Shown here piece after piece: positions 15,061 to 20,806 of a stretch of 20,806 nucleotides of DNA (positions are counted from its first letter, which is position 1; every line of letters begins with the position of its first letter). Made by a program: the position numbers and the translations under genes. Origin of the DNA: an uncultured virus (IMG/VR IMGVR_UViG_3300042321_002788) (taxonomy: Duplodnaviria; Heunggongvirae; Uroviricota; Caudoviricetes); IMG/VR virus record IMGVR_UViG_3300042321_002788, positions 62,001-82,806 of that record. The stretch is one strand, 5' to 3'. The notes under the pieces were generated by a model. The model was given only the letters and a program-made list of their open reading frames with translations, ran no database searches and was not told the origin of the DNA.

Positions 15061-15666
15061 TTATGCTCCGATTAGTTTCTCCTGTAAATATTGGTAAACC
15101 TCTTTCTGTAAATCTTTTGGGGCAGAACACAGAAAAGCTTTCACATCTTCTAGATCGATCTCTTTAATCATCTTCTGTAACTCATCTAGCTTTGAGTAAA
15201 GAGACTCAACTTCTTTAATTACAAGCTTTGCTTTAACTTGAGGATCAGCTTCCTGAAAAAGTTCGGGAACTAAATTAGGATTTTTAACACAATCCTTTTT
15301 TTGATTGATTGGATCTTTTAGAAAATCCTGAATTGTTGGCCAGTCGCCATTAAGATAATTCACAAAAGAATCTGTATCAAGGCCAAATACAGCAGCTAGT
15401 AATCGCATATTCCCTAGATCAGGGCAGCTAGCGATATTTTTTAGCTCCCAGTTTTGAACCGCTCCCCCAGAAAATTCTGTGCCAGGTAATCCCAATCGCC
15501 GGCCTTCTTTTAGTATCCACTCAGTAAATTCGGCTTGGGTCATGCCCAGCCCCATCCTTTTTGCCTTAATCGTATCGGACATTTTGCTTATCCCTTTTTC
15601 TGTCAAGGCCGAGGACTTTACTCGTTTGCGGGGTGTCCCGTCGCTGTTAAATCGTGGTGTAGCCAT
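15061..15666 (-). CDS. XRE-family HTH transcriptional regulator (putative phage repressor)
   Basis: IKAKRMGLGMTQAEF...SGGAVQNWE...PDLGNMRLLAAVFG; divergent from the replication genes. Confidence 0.85.
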   Translation of the reverse strand: MATPRFNSDGTPRKRVKSSALTEKGISKMSDTIKAKRMGLGMTQAEFTEWILKEGRRLGLPGTEFSGGAVQNWELKNIASCPDLGNMRLLAAVFGLDTDSFVNYLNGDWPTIQDFLKDPINQKKDCVKNPNLVPELFQEADPQVKAKLVIKEVESLYSKLDELQKMIKEIDLEDVKAFLCSAPKDLQKEVYQYLQEKLIGA

Positions 15667-15705
15667 AAAAGTGTATTTTGATAAGATACCCTTATCTTAC
15701 ACTAC

Positions 15706-15733
15706 CTTGCAAAAAACTTACAAAAAACTTACA
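15706..15733. promoter_or_regulatory. Putative operator: 11-bp-period direct repeats CTTRCAAAAAA
   Basis: CTTGCAAAAAA-CTTACAAAAAA-CTTACA in the divergent intergenic region; same motif inverted at 9698-9718. Confidence 0.65.
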
Positions 15734-15783
15734 GGCAATCTCGACTTTTATGATACAATATAGAAAATTCTGTAAATTAAGCC

Positions 15784-16032
15784 ATGTCTGCCAATCAAGA
15801 TGCTCCAATAAAAGTTGTGTCAATCCGGGTTAAAAAAGAGCTATGGGCTGAGATGTGTCAAAGGTCAGGCGTTTTAGGACTAAAAACCCAAGAGATAATT
15901 GAAATTGCACTAAAGTCCTACCTTTCTATCCCCATTGAGAACGAACTCATTGCCAGAAAAGAGGGCGAAGATGCCTTTTACAACTCTTTGCATAACCTAA
16001 AACCTAAGCGTAACAAGGATTTGCAGGTGTAG
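15784..16032 (+). CDS. Ribbon-helix-helix (Arc/CopG-like) protein, in a Cro-like position
   Basis: VVSIRVKKELWAEM...GLKTQEIIEIALKSYL fits the RHH pattern. Confidence 0.7.
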   Translation: MSANQDAPIKVVSIRVKKELWAEMCQRSGVLGLKTQEIIEIALKSYLSIPIENELIARKEGEDAFYNSLHNLKPKRNKDLQV

Positions 16033-16117
16033 TGCAAGTGTAGTATTTACTGATCAAGAACATTCTGCTAGGATAGTAGATACCTTGATTTGTCCTAATC
16101 CATCTTATCCACCCAAC

Positions 16118-16140
16118 AAAAAACCCGCTCGGAGGCGGGT
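16118..16140 (-). terminator. Minus-strand intrinsic terminator upstream of the primase gene
   Basis: AAAAAACCCGCT-CGGA-GGCGGGT; the U-tract falls on the minus strand. Confidence 0.5.
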
Positions 16141-16171
16141 CGTGTAACTAAACACTTTTCATATAGAAACT

Positions 16172-19069
16172 ATGATACCACAAAGCTCTAACCGTGTCAA
16201 GATCGATAAAAACAATCCTTGTCCCCACTGTGGCAAGCCTGATTGGTGCTATATGTACACTGCTGAGGACGGCAATTTACTCTCGGTCTGCAACCGAGAT
16301 CACGAACCCGCAGCAGGATGGGAAAAATCTTCTAAATTAGACAGTCAGGGCAAGCCAATCTACTATTTTAAGAAAGAAGTCAAGTTTTCTGGCTATAAAA
16401 AAGAAAAAACCCAATATTTTCTTTATCCTCCCCTTGTCAGTGGGGCGAGAATCCGCGTGTACCGGAAGGACTATCAAGAAGATGGAATCTGGAAAAAGGA
16501 TATTAAGCAGCAACATTCTACAGATAATGGTAAAAATTGGAAATGGGGAGTAGGCGATATCGGTTACAAAGATATACCTCTTTACCGTCAAGATCGGCTG
16601 GAAAAGGCTATTAAGGAAGGGACCCAGATATTTGTAGTAGAAGGCGAGACTAAGGTAGAAAGGCTTGAGTCGTTTGGGCTGGTTGCCACTTGCAATATAG
16701 GCGGATCAAAAAAATGGCAGCCAGATCACACGAAAGCTTTGAAGGGAGCAAATCTGATTTTATGCCCTGATCGCGACAAAGGGGGAATGGCTCACTGCCA
16801 GAAAATTTATCAAGATTTCCCCGATGCAAAATGGCTTTATGCCTATCCAGATTCTCCTTTGTGGAATCATTTACCAGATTCTCAAGGGGTAGATATTCTT
16901 AATTGGATTGAAGAAAAGAAGGTAACTCTCGATACATTGCTAACTTCGATAGTTGATAAACCAAAAGAAATAAAAGAGAGCAAAGAAAAAGAAGTCACAG
17001 TAACAGAAACGATGACTTTTCAAGACCTAATAACAGCTATTGACGGCTGTATTGGTCAGGAAGAAATCACCCGAACTCAGTGGCAAGAAAAAGTCGATCT
17101 GTGGGCAAAAGCCACTGGTAGGAAACCATCAGACATACGACATTTAATTGAAATCCGTAAAACAGAAATAGCAGAAGGGGACGCTATCAAATCAGGATTA
17201 GAAGGGTTCTTGAAAGGTAAGCATTATCAGCAGAAAGAGATTGATCTTTTTGAGATACTTCCGAAACCTTTAGCCGAAGCGATTATAAGCCGTGCCAAGA
17301 CATTAAATCAACCCCCAATCAGATTACTGCATTCTTTATGGCCAATACTAGGAGCTATTTTAGGAAGTCGGTTTGCAATTAACCTCCGAACTACTGTAAG
17401 AGAAAGGGAATGCTGGAAGGAATACCCGATATTCTATTGTGCAGATTTGGGCGGGGTTTCCACTGGTAAAACTCTCACTCAAAACGAAGTTTGTCGGGTT
17501 TTGAAAAGAAAAGATTTAGCCGAGCAGAAAAGAGTTACTAAGGAACAATCCACACTAGACGATCTAAAAGCTGCGTGGCAAGAGATGTCAGCGTCAGATC
17601 GCAAGGCAAACAAAACAAACGCTGAAATCAACCCTCGTCTTTATGAGAAAGAACACTGTCAGGCGCGTCGGTGGTTTTATGATGAAGGTACTCTTGATGG
17701 CATCTTAAAAACGATGTCCTCGCAACCTTCTTGGCAAGGTGGGGTAGTCGTATATGACGAATTATCGGGATTTTTTGAAGGATTAAATCAGTACCGATCA
17801 GGTGGTAAAGGTAACGACCGGCAACGAGACTTAAGCAACTGGAATGGCCCTATCCGAAATACTTTTGACCGCGTAAACAAAGACAATCGATACTATTTAG
17901 ATGGGCAAACACTTAATAAATTAGGTGGGATACAAGTCGAGAAACTCAGGAAATATCTTGATTTATCTAATGATGTCGATGGGGCAGTTTCTCGGTATCT
18001 TTTCTTGCTACACGAACCCCTTGATCCTCGTCCTGGTAAGCCGCCAGAAGACCCTAATTCTATCGATGAGTGTATCGAAACACTGGTCAATCAAATCAGT
18101 GGAATTAGCCTAGAAGCTGATGAAAATGGGATTATCGATCCTTATAATTGCTGGTTTAGCGAAATCGGAGAAAGTTATGCCTGGGGTATTAAGTATCACT
18201 ACGAGATACTTATTAAGAAGTATCGAGCGATTAATCCATCATTTGCTTCCTATCTAGGGAAGCAAATGAAGACTTTTTTAAGGCTTACATTAAGTATCCA
18301 TCTTCTCAATTGGATATTTGATCCAGATAATACTAATCTTTACAGTATTCCTGTGCAAACAGCCATTAAAGCTGCTAAGATGACCGACTTCTATATCAGT
18401 CAATTCCTGACAATTCAAGGAGTTACGTCTCAGGACGAAAATCCAGTACAGGGAATTTTATCCGAAATCTGGGAGATCGTTAAAAGCGCAGGTCAAATTA
18501 AACCTCGGGACGTTGCCCAAAAATTCGGCGGGCGTAAAATTAATGGGGAAAAAGTAAATACATCTATCGCCCGTACCCTACTTACTCAGCTAGAGCAAGC
18601 TGGCTATGGACGACTAGAGGTCAAATCAAGGGGTATGGTGTTGCACTATCAAGAGCCAAAAGAATTAGAAACTTTTGAGATAGAAGATTCTCTGGAATAT
18701 AAATCGGAGATAAAAGAAGAAATTGTTCAAGTTGCCAGTCCCACTTTCACACACCCAAAAAATGAATCGATCCCTGATTCTGGCATAGTAGAAGTTGAAT
18801 CGGAGCCAGTAATCGATGAGTTATCGGCTGATGGTGTACACATTGATAGTCTTCCTGATCTTGAGAAAGAAAAGGTGCTAGTGCGGACGGCTGCACCTAT
18901 AGAGATAGGGGAGCGAATTATCCCACCGAGAGCAGTCGGAAAAGTTATAGAAGCAACTTTTGACACTTTTGACAATCAATGGCTTTTGAGGGTAGAAACT
19001 GTTTTAAATGGGTCTGTGATCATTTTTACAATTCCATTTTCTGATTGTTACCTAGATATAAGTACCTGA
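16172..19069 (+). CDS. Primase-helicase-like replication protein (Zn-binding + TOPRIM + DUF3987-like NTPase)
   Basis: CPHCGKPDWC...C; TOPRIM VVEGE...PDRD; Walker A-like GGVSTGKT, Walker B-like VVVYDE, GGIQ and RYLF. Confidence 0.85.
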   Translation: MIPQSSNRVKIDKNNPCPHCGKPDWCYMYTAEDGNLLSVCNRDHEPAAGWEKSSKLDSQGKPIYYFKKEVKFSGYKKEKTQYFLYPPLVSGARIRVYRKDYQEDGIWKKDIKQQHSTDNGKNWKWGVGDIGYKDIPLYRQDRLEKAIKEGTQIFVVEGETKVERLESFGLVATCNIGGSKKWQPDHTKALKGANLILCPDRDKGGMAHCQKIYQDFPDAKWLYAYPDSPLWNHLPDSQGVDILNWIEEKKVTLDTLLTSIVDKPKEIKESKEKEVTVTETMTFQDLITAIDGCIGQEEITRTQWQEKVDLWAKATGRKPSDIRHLIEIRKTEIAEGDAIKSGLEGFLKGKHYQQKEIDLFEILPKPLAEAIISRAKTLNQPPIRLLHSLWPILGAILGSRFAINLRTTVRERECWKEYPIFYCADLGGVSTGKTLTQNEVCRVLKRKDLAEQKRVTKEQSTLDDLKAAWQEMSASDRKANKTNAEINPRLYEKEHCQARRWFYDEGTLDGILKTMSSQPSWQGGVVVYDELSGFFEGLNQYRSGGKGNDRQRDLSNWNGPIRNTFDRVNKDNRYYLDGQTLNKLGGIQVEKLRKYLDLSNDVDGAVSRYLFLLHEPLDPRPGKPPEDPNSIDECIETLVNQISGISLEADENGIIDPYNCWFSEIGESYAWGIKYHYEILIKKYRAINPSFASYLGKQMKTFLRLTLSIHLLNWIFDPDNTNLYSIPVQTAIKAAKMTDFYISQFLTIQGVTSQDENPVQGILSEIWEIVKSAGQIKPRDVAQKFGGRKINGEKVNTSIARTLLTQLEQAGYGRLEVKSRGMVLHYQEPKELETFEIEDSLEYKSEIKEEIVQVASPTFTHPKNESIPDSGIVEVESEPVIDELSADGVHIDSLPDLEKEKVLVRTAAPIEIGERIIPPRAVGKVIEATFDTFDNQWLLRVETVLNGSVIIFTIPFSDCYLDIST

Positions 19070-19074
19070 TAGAA

Positions 19075-19103
19075 TTGACAATTTTAGGAGTCCCTGATAG
19101 GAT
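19075..19103 (+). promoter_or_regulatory. Sigma70-type promoter of the tRNA-like RNA
   Basis: TTGACA-N17-TAGGAT with extended TGn; predicted start at ~19109-19110. Confidence 0.75.
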
Positions 19104-19109
19104 TGAAGT

Positions 19110-19307
19110 GCTAGAGTAGCTTGGTAGCTAAAGGCTGAAACGAAGCCTTCAACCGAAAAGGGACTTAATGCAAAAAATAAAGTTATTTTTTGTTTCAAAA
19201 CTGAAATTTGCGAATCCACCGAACTTAGCAAAGATTGAGTGAGGGAAGGGCGTTTCGTCAGGAGTAGATTTAATTAAGTTTTGCGGGTTCAATTCCCGTC
19301 TCTAGTA
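19110..19307 (+). ncRNA. tRNA-like structured RNA (~198 nt): acceptor stem plus T arm with a large insert
   Basis: GCTAGAG(19110-19116) pairs CTCTAGT(19300-19306); T arm GCGGG-TTCAATT-CCCGT(19283-19299); several internal helices; no canonical anticodon arm. Confidence 0.7.
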
Positions 19308-19310
19308 CCT

Positions 19311-19514
19311 ATGATCGGACAATATATTCCCTCCCGATACCCTGAAAAAGTTTATCGTGTTAATTCCTATGGTCAAATTTTCCCCCGGTGCAAACCACTG
19401 GGGATTATTAAGACTGCCATAGGAATCTACTATCACTTTGAATCAATTGATCGCCTCACAAAAGGAGAACATTTTTACTGTTTTCGCAAAGAAGATTTTA
19501 CAGAAATTTCTTGA
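19311..19514 (+). CDS. Hypothetical protein (67 aa)
   Basis: ATG 19311 just after the RNA 3' end; the ORF-track TTG start at 19281 falls inside the RNA. Confidence 0.55.
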   Translation: MIGQYIPSRYPEKVYRVNSYGQIFPRCKPLGIIKTAIGIYYHFESIDRLTKGEHFYCFRKEDFTEIS

Positions 19515-19539
19515 CAATTCTAGTAAAATGATGTAGGAT
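19511..19539 (+). promoter_or_regulatory. Sigma70-type promoter
   Basis: TTGACA-N17-TAGGAT; shares TTGACAATTCTAG with the 9736 promoter. Confidence 0.7.
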
Positions 19540-19565
19540 TTAAGTAATAGATTGAAGAAGAAATC

Positions 19566-19754
19566 ATGAAGCGTATCGTAAATATGAACACTACTGAAAT
19601 TAGTTATTATGCTAATTTCTATGCTGGACAATATCGAAATTCTAAGCAAGAATCTGGGGAAAATGTCCAAAAAAAACGTGCCATTTTATACTCTAAAATT
19701 CAGGAGTATAATAAAGTTTTGGAACAACGAGGTTTTAAACAAGTAAAGGTGTAA
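19566..19754 (+). CDS. Hypothetical protein (62 aa)
   Basis: First ORF after the promoter. Confidence 0.6.
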   Translation: MKRIVNMNTTEISYYANFYAGQYRNSKQESGENVQKKRAILYSKIQEYNKVLEQRGFKQVKV

Positions 19755-19761
19755 GCGTAAA

Positions 19762-19914
19762 ATGACAACAAACTCAAAAAAGCGACTATATTGTGTAATT
19801 TTTTGGCTAACGATTTTGGCTTATTTAGTAATTATATCGGCTTTATTATTAGATGCGAACGAAGCCTATAAAGACTACAAAGTTAATTTGAGCCTATTGT
19901 ACGGTATTGTTTAA
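19762..19914 (+). CDS. Small single-pass membrane protein (50 aa, not in the ORF track)
   Basis: MTTNSKKRLYCVIFWLTILAYLVIISALLLDANEAY...; AAAGGTG upstream. Confidence 0.55.
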   Translation: MTTNSKKRLYCVIFWLTILAYLVIISALLLDANEAYKDYKVNLSLLYGIV

Positions 19915-19932
19915 AAAAGTAAAGGTGTGATT

Positions 19933-20094
19933 ATGGAAAAAGAAACTAAAAAAGCATGGGCTAAATTATCAAGTCAGGATGACATTGATAAGAACAAAGG
20001 ACTTATCAGAGGGACGGATGAGCAAGAGTCTGCCAAAAGACTTAAAGCGCATTTAGATTACTGCAAAAGACACCTAAAGGATTGGAAACAATGA
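19933..20094 (+). CDS. Small hypothetical protein (53 aa, not in the ORF track)
   Basis: AAAGGTG RBS; MEKETKKAWAKLSSQ...DWKQ; ATGA overlap with the next ORF. Confidence 0.6.
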   Translation: MEKETKKAWAKLSSQDDIDKNKGLIRGTDEQESAKRLKAHLDYCKRHLKDWKQ

Positions 20095-20243
20095 GATACA
20101 CGATCAGGACAATAGATAGAGAAAATAAGCCTTGCAAGATTAAAACTTCTATGCACGAAAGCCATTTAATGGCTTATTTAGACGCTTTAAGCCGCAACAG
20201 TCATCATGGTATCGTAGTAAAGGAATCAGTAGGTATTTCTTAG
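20091..20243 (+). CDS. Small hypothetical protein (50 aa, not in the ORF track)
   Basis: MRYTIRTIDRENKPCKIK...VGIS; coupled start. Confidence 0.55.
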   Translation: MRYTIRTIDRENKPCKIKTSMHESHLMAYLDALSRNSHHGIVVKESVGIS

Positions 20244-20268
20244 TAAATTTACCCAACAGGAGTAACAC

Positions 20269-20670
20269 ATGAACACATGGCAAATAGCGGAAAAGTTATT
20301 TAATTTCTGTAAAGAAAAATACCCAGATTTAGACTGGAATTTTGATTTTACAGATAATCGCTACGAAATCATTCAATGCTTAACTTTTTCTAATGGCAGC
20401 ATAGAGATTAGATACGGTTTTTGTACGGGATTAGACAGACAACTTAAGTGTGTTCAGTGGCAAGATAACCAAATAGGAAGGTTTAAAATTTGGATAAATC
20501 CTCCTACTGAGTTCTGTCATGATCGGTATGAAGACACTATAGTTTTTGAGAATCTTGCCTATTATAGACATGAGCTATGGAGTGCAGAAAATTGGAAATT
20601 AGTTAGTCAATACCAAAAAATAATGCTAGATATTTTCACTTTCATTTTTGATGAAGTTAAAAATATCTAG
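20269..20670 (+). CDS. Hypothetical protein (133 aa)
   Basis: AGGAGTAA RBS; paralogous N-terminus with the next ORF. Confidence 0.75.
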   Translation: MNTWQIAEKLFNFCKEKYPDLDWNFDFTDNRYEIIQCLTFSNGSIEIRYGFCTGLDRQLKCVQWQDNQIGRFKIWINPPTEFCHDRYEDTIVFENLAYYRHELWSAENWKLVSQYQKIMLDIFTFIFDEVKNI

Positions 20671-20672
20671 CA

Positions 20673-20699
20673 TTACTAGACAAAATATCTGTCTAGTAA
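20673..20699. other. Intergenic hairpin
   Basis: TTACTAGACA-N7-TGTCTAGTAA. Confidence 0.55.
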
Positions 20700-20721
20700 C
20701 TTTACCCAACAGGAGTAACAA

Positions 20722-20806
20722 ATGGACATAAAACAAGTAACAGGGAAAATATTAGAATTCTGTCACAGAAGTTATCCAAATTTAAGATGGAATTACTCTT
20801 ATAGTG
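20722..20806 (+). CDS. Paralogue of 20269-20670 (runs off the window)
   Basis: MDIKQVTGKILEFCHRSYPNLRWN versus MNTWQIAEKLFNFCKEKYPDLDWN; 27-nt upstream repeat with 1 mismatch. Confidence 0.7.
   Translation, partial: MDIKQVTGKILEFCHRSYPNLRWNYSYS

Noticed and set aside
1565..18975. Other short overlapping ORFs (1565, 6822, 7881, 7976, 12194, 13853, 14586, 15479, 16337, 17893, 17925, 18727)
   Set aside because: They lie within or opposite long genes with recognisable features, and show no RBS or motif support
19110..19307. tmRNA, standard tRNA or hammerhead ribozyme
   Set aside because: No Ala identity ends or clear tag ORF, no canonical anticodon arm, and CTGAAACGAA does not fit the hammerhead core
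19443..19670. Minus-strand 75-aa ORF
   Set aside because: Antisense to a promoter and two plus-strand genes

Overview
AT-rich segment of a temperate cyanophage or prophage, probably Microcystis-like (host inferred from the CRISPR repeat family, the leader motifs and CAGTTRT heptamer repeats). The left arm is mostly minus strand: a GTA/Siphoviridae-type tail-tip protein, a tRNA-Tyr(GUA) with its own promoter, small hypothetical genes, and a compact CRISPR locus. That locus has a 633-aa TnpB/Cas12-like RuvC nuclease with an intact D-E-D triad, followed directly by a leader and a 37-bp-repeat array. The array has 9 repeats and 8 spacers, plus a detached repeat-spacer-repeat unit beyond an inserted gene. 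No cas1, cas2, cas4 or cas6 is present in the window. A small unannotated ribbon-helix-helix gene lies divergent from this locus. The right arm is a plus-strand early/replication region: a Gp3-like recombination directionality factor, three tandem paralogues, a ParB-like protein, a divergent XRE repressor/RHH switch with a shared operator, and a Zn-finger/TOPRIM/DUF3987-type primase-helicase. After these come a promoter-driven ~198-nt RNA with tRNA-like acceptor and T arms enclosing a large structured insert, and several small genes. The best candidates for new biology are the phage-borne TnpB-CRISPR (type V-U-like) module and the tRNA-mimicking ncRNA.
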